From Leucoraja ocellata (taxonomy: Eukaryota), in NCBI GenBank assembly GCA_036785375.1, contig JAWMAR010001182.1, forward strand, positions 1 to 64,000: a stretch of DNA of 64,000 nucleotides, in the 5' to 3' direction. Within the stretch, counting starts at the first letter, position 1; each line of letters opens with the position of its first letter. Position numbers and translations under genes: made by a program. The notes under the pieces were generated by a model. The model had not been told where the DNA came from and did no database searches. It worked only from the letters and a program-made list of their open reading frames with translations. Shown here piece by piece: positions 1 to 11,815 of this stretch.

Positions 1-860
1 TGGATAGGCTGGGTGAAATGGGCAAATGCATGGCAGATTGCAGTATGATGTGGATAAATGTGAGGTTGTCCACTTTGGTGGCAAGAACAGGTGAGTAGAC
101 TATTATCTGAATGGTGGCCGATTAGGAAAAGGGGAGATGCAACGAGACCTGGGTGTCATGGTACACCAGTCTTTGAAAGTTGGCATGCAGGTGCAGCAGG
201 CAGTGAAGAAAGCGAATGGTATGTTGGCATTCATAGCAAAAAGGTTTTGAGTATAGGAGCAGGGAGGTTCTATTGCAGCTGTACAGGGCCTTGGTGAGAC
301 CACACCTGGAGTATTCCGTACAGTTTTTGTCTCCTTATCTGAGGAAAGACATTCTTGCCATAGAGGGAGTACAGAGAAGGATCACCACACTGATTCATGG
401 TATGGCAGTACTTCCATATGAAGCACGACTGGATAGACTCGGCTTCTACTCGCTAGAATTTGGAAGATTGAAGGGGGGGGGGGGTCTTATAGAAACTTAC
501 AACATTCATAACGGGATGGACAGGCTAGATTGTTCCCGATTTTGGGGAGTCCAGAACAAGGGGTCACAGTTTAAGGATAAGGGGGAAGTATTTTAGGACC
601 GAGATGAGAAAGAAAAATCAATCTGAGAGTAGTGAATCTGTGGAATTCTCTGTCACAAAAAGTAATCGAGGTCAGTTCATTGGCTATATTGAAGAGGGAG
701 TTGGATGTGGACCTTGTGGCTAAAGGGATCTGCGGGTATGGAGTGGAAGGCAGGTACAGGATACTGAGCTGGATGATCAGCCATGGTCATATTGAATGGC
801 GGTGCAGGCTCGAAGGGCCGAATGGCCTACTCCTGCACCTATTTTCTATGTTTCTCTGTT
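1..860 (+). mobile_element. CR1-type LINE 3' fragment (RT C-terminus and 3' UTR)
   Basis: LYRALVRPHLEYSVQF and NLWNSL motifs, frameshifted, with tttctatg tail. Paralogous copy at about 16782-17570. Confidence 0.85.
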
Positions 861-3290
861 ACTATAACATTAGCTTATACTTCCATCCACAGGAACAGAC
901 CCTGAATCGATTGAACATTGGTCAATGATCACCAATGCGTCCACTATTTGTAGAGCCACCTCCATGAGGATCCTGGGATGCAGACCATCAGACCCAGGGG
1001 ATTTATCATCCTTCCGTCCCATTCGCCTAACCAATTCTATTTCTCGCCTAACGAAAATGTATTTCAGTTCCGCTACCCCTCAGATCCTCTGTCCTCCAAT
1101 ACATCTGGGAGATTGTTTGTGTCTTCTTCTGTTCTTCTAAGACAGATCCGAAGTACCAGTTCAACTATTCTGCCATTTCATTATTACCCATAATAATTTC
1201 ACCCGTGTCTGTCTTCAAGAGACCCACATTTGACTTTGCTACTTTTTCCCCTTAACATATCTAAAGAAGCGTTTATAGTCCCTCCTGATGTTCTTGACCA
1301 ACTTCCACTCACACTTAATCTTCTCAGCTCCTATTGCACGTTTTGTTTCCTTCTGTTGCCCTATGAACGTTTCCCAATCCTATGGCTTATGGCTACTTTT
1401 TGCTGTGTCATACATCTTTTCTTTTAATTTTATTCTATTCTGAACGTCTCGTGTCAGCCGCGGTTGCCTCCTACTCACCTTTGAATCTTTCTTCCTTTTT
1501 CGAATGAAATTATCCTGTGTCTTCCGGTTTATGCCCAGAAATTCCTGCCATTGCTGTTCCATCGTCATTCCTGCTAGGATGCCTTTCCGGTCTACCTTGG
1601 CCAGCTCCCCTCCCATGCCTTCATAGTCCCCTTTGTTCAACTACATCACTGACATTTCCCGAGTTAATCTTCCCCTTCTCAAATTGCAGATTAAAACTAA
1701 TCATATTATGATCACTACCTCCAAACGGTTCCTTACCTCGAGTTCTCTTATCAAATCTGGTTGATTGGACAACACTAAATCTAGAATTCTCTGGTCGGCT
1801 CCATTACAAGCTGCTATAATAACCCATCTCGGAGGCACCAAAGTGGCATTACCTTAGTTACATGCCCGTTTTAACTCCTGCTGCAACTTACACGCTACAT
1901 CGGGCTATTATTTGGGGGTCTGTAGATAACACCAGTTAGTGTTCTTGCCTTTACAATTCTTCAACTGCAGCCACGTGTCAGTAATCCCCACAATGTCATA
2001 TCTACCAACCAATAACTAAGCCTCAAGCACATCTACTTTACTTCTTATACTTTGCGCATTCATATACAATACTTTTAATTCCTTACGCATCTCACCTTTC
2101 ACATCGATCCCTATTACACTTGGCCATAGTCTCCTATCCTTTGTGAGCTTTCTTTTCCATTAATTCTGGGGGTCATTAACTATCCATTTACTCTTTTTCC
2201 CTTTAACTCTATCCTTGGCTATCCCATTTGACCCCCCCCCCCCCCCCCCCCCCCCCTTAGTCAGTTTAAAACCACCAGTGTAGCAGTGTCAAACCTGCCT
2301 GCCAGAATGCAAGTGTCCCACCTGATAAAGTGCAATCAGTCCCTTTTGTACAGTTACCCCTTACTCCAAAAGATCCCAGTGTTCTAAGAATCTAAATCCC
2401 TGCCCCCTGCACCAGGTCCTCAGGCACGCATTCAGGACCTGTATCTCCCTGTTCCTGCTCTCGCCAACACGAGGAACTGGAAGCAACCCGGAGATAACAA
2501 CTCTGGAGGTCCTGCGCTTCAGCAATTTTCCGAGCTCTCTCAAGTCACGCTAAAGAATATTCACCCCCTTCTTTCCGACATCGTTTGTGCCAATATGTAC
2601 AATTAAGGGATTGAAGATTAGGGGTAACATGAGGGGGAACTTCTTTACTCAGAGAGTGGTGGCTGTGTGGAATGAGCTTCCAGTGAAGGTGGTAGAGGCA
2701 GGTTCGTTTTTATATTTTAAACATAAATTGGATAGTTATATGGACGGGAAAGGAATGGAGGGGTATGGCCTGAGCGCAGGTATATGGGACTAGGGAAGAA
2801 TACGTGTTCGGCATGCACTAGAAGGGTCGAGATGGCCTGTTTCCGTGCTGTAATTGTTATACGGTTATATGGTTATATGGTTATATGGTTATATGGTTAT
2901 ATGCACCACCACTTCCGGCTATTCACCTACGCCCTTGAGGATTTTCTGCTCTGTGTCCGTGACAACCTGGATCCTGGCATCAGGGAGGCAACGCTCCATC
3001 ATCGAACCCCGTCTGTTGCCGCAGGAACCCCTGTCCGTACCTCTCACAATGGAGTTTCCAAGTCCCACGGCGTTGCCTGACGTCGGCCTCTTTGGATTTG
3101 GCTCAACAGCACCAGGCTCAACGCAACCAGGCTCAACGCAAGCCAGTCCGCCGCTCAATGTGTTAACGTCTTCTGTCCCGACAGCTTCTAAGTGGGTGAG
3201 CCCGTTCTCAAGAGGTACAATACCCGGGGACCTTTGCATTCCATGTCTCCTTCCCTTTCTCACTGTCACCCACCTTCTCTCCTCCAGTAC
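861..3290 (-). mobile_element. Degraded CR1 LINE (ORF1 SGNH-esterase-like region and start of ORF2) with a nested CR1 3' fragment at about 2600-2900 (+)
   Basis: GNSIVRGTDR and RVVISGLLPVPR (CR1 ORF1 esterase); the copy at 17575-19950 shows LNVLHMNAQGIRSKVDEL and IGVIYRPPNS (APE). The nested piece ends in (atatggtt)n. Confidence 0.8.
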
Positions 3291-3570
3291 CTTAGAAACA
3301 CAGAAACATAAAAACATAGAAAATAGGTGCAGCAGTAGGCTATTCGGTCCTTCGAGCCTGCACCGCCATTCAATATGATCATGACTGATCATCCAACTCT
3401 GTATCCCATACCTGCCTTCTCTCCATACCTCCTGATTCCTTTAGCCACAAGGGCCACATCTAACTCCCTCTTAAATATAGCCAATGAACTGGCCTCAATC
3501 ACCTTCTGTGGCAGAGAATTCCACAGATTCACCACTCTCGGAGTAAAACATGCTTTTCTCCTCTCGGACC
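3291..3570 (-). mobile_element. CR1 3' end fragment
   Basis: ATAGAAAC-type tail and NLWNSLPQKVIEA motif; copy at about 19952-20225. Confidence 0.75.
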
Positions 3571-3965
3571 TAGGTTTAGTTAGCTGCAGCAAAAAATGGA
3601 GAATGATGAAATAAATATTTAGAGATATATAAACTGATAACACAGTATTTTGGGGACGAAATGTGTTTTGCTTGAGCTGCTTGCGCCAGTTGTGATCTCC
3701 ATTGGGATCAATGTCCATTTGTGACGTGGCGCCACTTTCCACCGCCATCTGTTCTGAACTGGATTTACCAACAAACTCTGCATCCATCGTATCCAGCCGC
3801 CTCGCCTCCAACTGAATGGCAATAGCACTACTATTCCGGTCCTCGACTCTTCCCCCTGATCACACTATTCTTATATAAACCCATCTCTGATTGTTCCTGT
3901 AAGCACTCAGGTTACAAATCTGCTTAATATAATGAGTTTACAATGTACATTAAAGATTAACTCTT

Positions 3966-5025
3966 GTGTTTAAGAGGGAACTGCAGATGCTGGAGAATCG
4001 AGGGTTACACAAAAAAGCTGGAGAAACTCAGCGGGTGCAGCAGCATCTATGGAGCGAAGGAAAAGGCAACGTTTCGGGCCGAAACGTCCTCACTATTCAG
4101 GGAACGGGGGCTCCCCTCCTCCACCATAAATGAGGCTCGCACCAGGGTCTCTTCCATACCCCGCAACACTGCTCTCTCTCCCCATCCCCGCACTCGCAAC
4201 AAGGACCGAGTCCCCCTAGTCCTCACCTTTCACCCCACCAGCCGTCACATACAAAAAGTAATCCTCCGTCAGTTTCGCCACCTCCAACGTGACCCCACCA
4301 CTCGCCACATCTTCCCATCTCCCCCATATCTGCCTTCCGCAAAGACCGCTCCCTCCATAACTCCCTTGTCAATTATTCCTTCCCTCTCGGTCCACCCCTT
4401 CCCCGGCACTTTCCCTTGCAACCGCAAGAGATGCAACACTTGTCCCTTTACCTCCCCCTCGACTCCGTTCAAGGACCCAAGCAATCGTTCCAGGTGCGAC
4501 AGAGGTTTACCTGCATCTCTTCCAACCTCATCTATTGCGTCCGCTGCTCTAGATGTCAGCAGATCTATATCGGTGAGACCAAGCGGAGGTTGGGCGATCG
4601 TTTCGCCGAACACCTCCGCTCGGTCCGCAATAACCAAGCTGACCTCCCGGTGGCTCAGCACTTCAACTGCCCTTCCCACTCCGTCTCCGACCTCTCTGTC
4701 CTGGGTCTCGTCCATGGCCACAGCGAGCAGCACGGCAAATTGGAGGAACAGAACCTCATATTCCGTTTGGGGAGTCTGCACCCCGGGGGCATGAACATCG
4801 AATTCTCCCAATTTTGTTAGTCCTTGCTGTCTCTCCCCTTCTCAGCCCCCTGCTGTCTCCTCCCTTCCCCAGCCTTCGGCTACTCTCCCTTTTCCCTTTC
4901 TTGTCCCCACCCACCCCGCCCCCGATCAGTCTGAAGAAGGGTTTCGGCCCGAAACGTTGCCTATTTCCTTCGCTCCATAGATGCTGCTGCACCGCCTGAG
5001 TTTCTCCAGCTTTGTGTAACCCCAT
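3966..5025 (+). mobile_element. Penelope-like element (GIY-YIG endonuclease region) with inverted terminal segment and a 12-bp TSD
   Basis: SNLIYCVRCSRCQQIYIGETKRRLGDRFAEH...KLEEQNLIFRLG. Segment 3990-4086 is the reverse complement of 4941-5022. Flanked by agattaactctt (3954) and agattcactctt (5026); the empty site is at 20609-20620. Confidence 0.9.
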
Positions 5026-5136
5026 AGATTCACTCTTCACCAGTTGCAACCAACGGCGGCGGACGGTGTTTATACAAGCAAGGGAATCTAATTATATTTT
5101 AAGGAAGCAGAGTCTAGGGCGGCAAAGCGAAGTCGC

Positions 5137-5645
5137 CCAATTATAGGAAGGATGTCAACAAAATAGAGAGAGTACAGAGGAGATTTACTAGAATTTGCCT
5201 GGGTTTCAACAACTAAGTTACAGAGAAAGGTTGAATAAGTTAGGTCTTTATTCTCTGGCGCGCAGAAGGTTAAGGGCGACTTGATAGAGGTCTTTAAAAT
5301 GATGAGAGGGATAGACAGAGTTGGTGTGGAAAAGCTTTTCCCCTTTGATAATAGGAAGATTCAAACAAGAGGACATGACTTCAGAATTAAGGGATAGAAG
5401 TTTAGGGGTAATATGAGGGGGGACGTCTTTACTCAGTGAGTGGTAGCTGTGTGGAATGAGCTTCCGGTGGAAGTGGTGGAAGCAGGTTAATTGGTACAAT
5501 TTAAAAATAAATTGGATAGGCATATGGATGAGAAGGGAATGTAGGGTTATGGTATGAGTGCAGGCAGGTGGGACTAAGGGAAGATAATTGTTCGGCACGG
5601 ACTTGTAGGGCCGGGATGGCCTGTTTCCATGCTGTAATTGTTATT
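5137..5645 (+). mobile_element. CR1 3' fragment
   Basis: PNYRKDVNKIERVQRRFTR-type sequence with the 3' UTR; copy at about 20720-21230. Confidence 0.8.
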
Positions 5646-6221
5646 TGGAGAAGGTTCGCGTTTGTGATTGGTCATAGAGCAAATTCGTCTGGCATTTATC
5701 TCCCAAGCCATTACCCCAGCGCAGACGCTGCAGTTCTGCAGATGCAAAGTATTGAGAATGAAAACAAGGGGAAACAGCTTGAAAGGATGATTCTCGGACG
5801 TGTGCATCGTGCGTAGAACTCCGCAGTTGGGAAGACATTGAGAATGATGGAAGGGGCTTTCCAATTAAAATGTAACTGATTACGAAAAACAAGGAATCTT
5901 TCTGCTGTTAGTGCCAGCTAAGATATTTATGAGGATTAGGGTTGATTGGTGATTTTTTGACTTGGCGGCAACTTCTGCACAAATCTTTCCATAACATTAT
6001 TTACAATCAAACCCTCCATACTTTGAATCCAACAGCCAAGCCTTCAGCTCTCAATGCCAATAGGTCCACAATTCTGTTCCTCAGCCGTTCCATGCCCAAC
6101 CACTCTTTTCTATTTGCGGCCATCTATGTTCCATGTAAGTACCCAGACCACAATTCTTGATTCACATCTTGTAAACGGCTTCTCCTACCTTTGTGCAATA
6201 ATATGTATATAAACACATATA

Positions 6222-6525
6222 TTTCGTTTAGGGATACAGCGCGGAAACAGGCCCTTCGGCTCACAAAGTCCGCGTTGATCAGCGATTCCCGCACACTAAC
6301 ACAATTCTGCGCACTGGAGATATTTTACCATTTTACCGAAACTCCAAACTGATACGTCTTTGGAGTACTCGAGGAGACCAGGATAAAACGCTTCTTGGAG
6401 AACGGACAACTCGTCACGCGGATAACGGACAAACTCCGTGCAGGCAACAACCGTGGCCAGGGTCAAACCCGGATCTCTGGCTGTTTCGGACAACAACGCT
6501 ACCGCTGCGGCGCGTGGCCTCCGTC
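6222..6525 (-). mobile_element. tRNA-derived HE1-like SINE (degraded)
   Basis: gatacagcgcggaaacaggcccttcggc...acaaactccgt...ggtcaaacccggatctctgg...ctaccgctgcg resembles the reverse complement of the elasmobranch HE1 SINE; copy at about 21800-22100. Confidence 0.6.
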
Positions 6526-8572
6526 CCCGTTCTGCAGCGGGCGAATCAGTCATACCGGGCTGGTCATCATTTATAGGCGATTGAGGTCTGGCCTAGCCGG
6601 TGATACTCTGTCGGCGGTGGGCTGCCTACTGCTGGGTTTGGCCGCGGCTAGATCGCATTTGTCCGCGCGATGGCCACATTCGATACACATGCAGGTTTGC
6701 CGTTTAATTTGTCTCTGTAACTGTTCCTGTATGCAGGAGAGAGGTTGTGTGTGGGTACTTGCTGGACGGCGCGGACGGGATGGAGCGAATGGACAGTCTT
6801 CACTCTGTAAACTAAACTTGAGAAAACTCAAGCAATGTATTATAGTTCACTTTACAATTCGTTCTCTTCTGAAACGGCTCGAAGTTAGATTGTTTCCCTT
6901 TCAAAATAGATTATTATAATTATTAGGAATGCAAATGCAATCAAATCAAATGGTATAATTTACTTTCACATCTTCGGTCTATAAAAGAGAAGTGCCCTTT
7001 TCTAATGGCAGTCGTTGTTTTTAGATAGAAAGAACAAAAGATGAAAAACTATTTTGTTCTTAACATAAATCCTATTAAAACGCAGTCAAAAATATATGCG
7101 GGATTGATTCGAATTGATCGGAGAGCACCTTGGTTCGGTTTGAATAATTACAATTGTTGAAACAGAATCTCTTGCTTGTTTCATATTGCTCCTGTTCTTC
7201 AACGACGAATAAATATCCACCTGGTGAACTTGGCCAACACATTCCTAAGTGTTCATAATTTGAGTGTTAATAATAAATAGATCTTGGACTATATCGACTA
7301 AACCTGGTGTTTTTATTCCTGTATTGAAAGAAGTTGCGCAACGTCTGGGGGCAGATAAATCCTCGGTAACCCGTCATGGTCAATGTGTGTCTGCAACAAC
7401 AGAGGTGCAGCTGTAGAAACGCTGCCGAATATGGCAGTGCCCCAATGCGTTATTTCATCGAATCTGCTTTTTAACATTAGGACCGAACTCTCTCTTCAGT
7501 ACATGAATGTATTTTTATTGCTAATATTATGCCAATCTCCGTTCAGTCACCATTCAAATACACTTTACTGATTGCACCTGGAGAATTCCGTTTTGTAGAA
7601 AAACAAATAGCCTTGAACATTAAACTTATTTTTCGCCTTACAACTGCTGCCTTGCCGCTGGAGATTTATTTTATTTTCTGTGCAATTGTACATGTTCAGT
7701 ATCTGCGGTAGTTTGTACTTTATTAAACTGCGTCCTATTGCAGCTGGTCCAAATTCGGCGCATGTTCTGCTGTATAAGCCAAATATGCAGGGTTCAGCCA
7801 TTGCCTGAAAATGAAATACTTCGTTGAACAGCAGGCACAATCACTGTTCACAATCACTGCACCTCTTCGGAATTCCTGTAGCCATTGCGAAATTAATACC
7901 AAACTTCCTAAACCTGGTCCAGACTCTGTCTGTTTTGGAACTTACAACATAGAACATACAGCAAAATATCGTTCAGTTTAGTTTATTGCCTCGTGTACCG
8001 AGGTACATTGGAAAGCTTTTGTTACGTGCTATCCAGTCAGCAGAAAGACAACACATGATTGTAATCGAGCCATTCGCAGTATTAAAGATACATGATAAGG
8101 GAACAAGGTTTAATGCAAGGTGAAGCCAGCATAGCCCGATCAATGGTGCTCGGGTCAGCATCTAGATGGATCAGTTGAAGAACAGATTTTGAGTTCACAA
8201 TGTTCCTGTCGACCCGATACCAAGACCAGCTCCGATCTATCTGCGCGTAATCAATATTCTTCCATTCCCTGCAGAATCATATCTCCATCCAAAACTATTT
8301 TACACTATACTATCGTATCCTCCTTAACCAGCAGCGCGTTATAAACACTCGCCACACTTTGTGTAAAACGTAGCGCCGCAGATTTGCTTTAAATGTTGCC
8401 CTTCTTAGCATAAAGCTGTGCCCTCTTCGATACATTTTTTCCATTCTGGGAAAATCAAAGTTCTGACAATCTACCGGGTCGCATAAGTTTACATAACTCA
8501 ACCAGTTGTACCCGCAATCTCCGACGTTCCAGAGGGATAACAATCCAAATATCGATTGGTCAATCTCTCCCT

Positions 8573-8880
8573 CTAAACAGTCCATGCTCTCACCCCAACC
8601 AATGGACTGTTTACCCTCCTACCATCCGGGAGGCGCTACAGGTCTCTCCGTTGCCGAACCAGCAGGTCGAGGAACAGATTCTTTCCGGCGGCTGTCTCTC
8701 TACTCAACAACGTACCTCGGTGACTGCCAATCACCACCCCCCTTCCCCCCGGACACTTATTATTATTTATTCAAATCGTTCGCTATGTCACTCTTCAAGG
8801 GAGATGCTAAATGCATTTCGTTGTCTCTGTACTGTACACTGACAATGACAATTCAAATTGAATCTGAATCTGAATCTGAA
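8573..8880 (+). mobile_element. Rex1/Babar-type LINE 3' fragment with (gaatct)n tail, inserted only in unit 1
   Basis: HPNQWTVYPPTIR frame matches the element at 50003-50960; absent from the paralogous site at about 24222. Confidence 0.7.
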
Positions 8881-9129
8881 CTATCTGATACCCGCTAATC
8901 CAGCCACAATGCGCAACTGAGCAACTGCGGCTGTAAAACACGCTGTTCTTATTAAGTTTCTCCATCTTGCTGAATTGGCAAAGTCATTCACTAATGGCCT
9001 TGTTGCCGGTCACCAGTTTGTGCAGCGTTGTAGTTTAGTTAATTTACATTAGTTTGGTGGAGTTAAAGTAACCTAAACAAATACAATTACAAAAAACAAT
9101 ACTAACCAAAAAAACACAAATGAATGACC

Positions 9130-9740
9130 AGGTACACTACACCCACTGGCTCTCCCTTGTCCATTTTCCTACTACCATCCTTAAACAAAATCCAGAAGAT
9201 TAGTCAAGTATGATTTCCCCTTCGTAAATCCATGCTGACTCGGACCGATCCTGTCACTGCTATCCAAATGTGCCGCTATTTCATCTTTTTATAATTGATT
9301 CCAGCATCTTCCCCACCACCGATATCAGGCTAACTGGTCTATAATTCCCTGTTTTCTCTCTCCCGCCTTTCTTAAAAAGTACGATAACTTTTGCTACCCT
9401 CCAATCCACAGGAACTGATCCTGAATCTATGGAACATTATAAAATTATCACCAATGCAACCACGAATTCTAGAGCCATTTCCTTAAGTGCCCTGGGATGC
9501 AGACTATCAGGCCTTGGGGCTTTATTAGCCTTCAGTCCCATCAGTCTACCCAACACCATTTCATGCCTAATGTGGATGTAATTCAGTTCCTTCCTCACCC
9601 ATATCCTCTGGCCACTACTACATCAGGAACATTGTCTGTGTCCTCCTTAGTGAAGACGGATCCAAAGTACCTGTTCAACTCATCTGCCATTTCCTTGTAC
9701 CCCATAATAAATTCATTTTTTTCAGTCTTCAAGGGTCCAG
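9130..9740 (-). mobile_element. CR1 RT fragment
   Basis: MADELNRYFGSVFTKED; copy at about 24470-25080. Confidence 0.75.
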
Positions 9741-10524
9741 TCTTCAAGGATGTAGTTGAGGCAGGTACTGTCGCAACGTTTAAGAAATAATGCGACAAGT
9801 ACATGGATAAGATATGTTCAGAGGAATATGGGCCACTCGTAGGCAGGTGGGGTTTGCAGATGGGGTTCCTTGGTCATCGTGGGCAGGTTGTGCCGGAGGA
9901 CTATTTTTCACGATGTATGACACTAGAACTCTATGCCAACATCGAAGAACAACAAGTCGCTTTCTGCTTGTGCAAGGCACACGTTTCTGGAGTTAACATC
10001 CGAGTCTTCAACGTTACTAAATCTCTTTTTCGCTAATTTGGAAGAACATTCGGCACATCGACGTCTGTCTTGATTATATAGTCTCTCGTGGTAACGTCCA
10101 CAACGTGAAATGTCAATTCACCACATCGTTCGTTCCAGAGAATTGAAATATCCTGACCTATACAGTCTCTCTCGGAATTGAACGTCTCCAGTCCTGCAAA
10201 AACGTTGCCGTTAATACGCTGCCACTCCCCAGATTAATGGTATCAATGCGAACATATTGCGATCTGGAGAACATCGCACGTGCGGTCTCGCCAACGTCCC
10301 AGACTAGATTGTTAAACTCCACTTACACCCAACTGCGTGCGATTCCAGCAGTGAAATAAGCCCACACATCAAGCTGCTGAGGAGGAAAAAATCCTATCAT
10401 CCACATTCAAATTGACTCGCATTGGTTGGAAGCAAATTGTTCATGAACAAGATGGAGAAAAGGCCCTGTTTCTGTGCTGTGTAACATGCAACTACCACTT
10501 ACAGTGAGAGTTGGTTCAATATAC

Positions 10525-10558
<34 letters not shown>

Positions 10559-11734
10559 TGAGGGAGAGTATGCGCTGCGTCCCTTTAAATAGTTACCGTC
10601 TTATTTTATACTCCTGTCCTCTTTTAGAGACCTATATCCGAGGAACACATTAAAATATTTCAACTGATCAACTTGTCACATTTTAATTCTGCATAACTCC
10701 TCATAGTTTTATTCGCTGCTGAGAGATACCGTTTCTGCATTCTACAGTCCATCTCATAATTCACACTGTCCAATATTAGTACCATTCGTGCGAGGAGAGT
10801 TGCATACTCCCTAGTTTAAATGGATCCTTAATAAATTATTTCGAAAAATAATATCCCTCCACCTGTGGTGTACTGCTCTGTGAAGTTTTTGTCTGTGAAT
10901 TGCTTAGGTCGAGTGCAGCAAACATGACACTTCTTTCTTTGGTCAAGACTTTCTTCAGGATGATGTATCCCCAAACATTTACAGCCGGTGAGATTCTCCT
11001 TAACCGATTCAATCATCTTGTACATCAACATTCTTGATATCTCCAACGGATCATTGAATTGAGAAGATGTCTCCCTAATATCCGGAATAACATCAAATGC
11101 TGTTCACCTCTGTGTTTTATGAATTAACACATGTATTTAAAGATAATCTGTTGATCAAGAATATTTCTAGCCGTTGTATATTTCCAGTCAGTTGTCACAT
11201 TACACATTATATTCGCTTATTCTTTACTTCATGAAGTGGCAACAGTTGAAATACATTAATGCTGCTGTTGTAGCTGAATTGTATACGATGTCGTCTAGAA
11301 GGTTCCCTGTGGTTTACATCATTTAGACCCTGCCAAAAAATGATTATCTTTCCGTTTGAAAGGCAGCTACACGGATAATGCAAGATGAAATTATTAATGG
11401 GTGCATATGAAATGATGGGAACGGTGTCTGGAAAATGCATTGCAAATTCTACAAGTAATATATTGTATTACATCGTAGCTTGTGTGCATAAATGATACAT
11501 GACACGAATTCTGCTGCATCTGTGTGCCACGCGTTACAAGTTAAAAATAGAATGTTCACTCGTATTTTACAGTTCCTTAGTTCTGTTGGTGCTCAGCTGG
11601 TGCCTGAGTAGCGAGCGGTCGCATAATGAGTTTGATCGCTTTGCATCACATGGGAGCAAACTATTTGTTCAACGGTCCACAATAAATGTCCGCGGGGAGG
11701 TGAACGCACGCAGTCCTTAAGTTTTTTCTAAGAA

Positions 11735-11740
11735 TATAAA
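11735..11740 (+). promoter_or_regulatory. Putative TATA box of the GPCR genes (also 27062, 44223, 58106)
   Basis: TATAAA starts exactly 81 nt upstream of the exon 1 ATG in all four copies. Conservation partly reflects recent duplication. Confidence 0.5.
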
Positions 11741-11815
11741 TATAGCGCTGTTTGACTTCTCACTTTGACTCCTATAAGTTTTGCACTGCATAACTGCGGA
11801 CGGCTTGAAGGAAAA

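Noticed and set aside
10828-11046. Cys-containing 72-aa minus-strand ORF repeated at 26154
   Set aside because: Not preserved as an ORF in units 3 and 4, no recognisable domain or splice context; probably old LINE-derived sequence.
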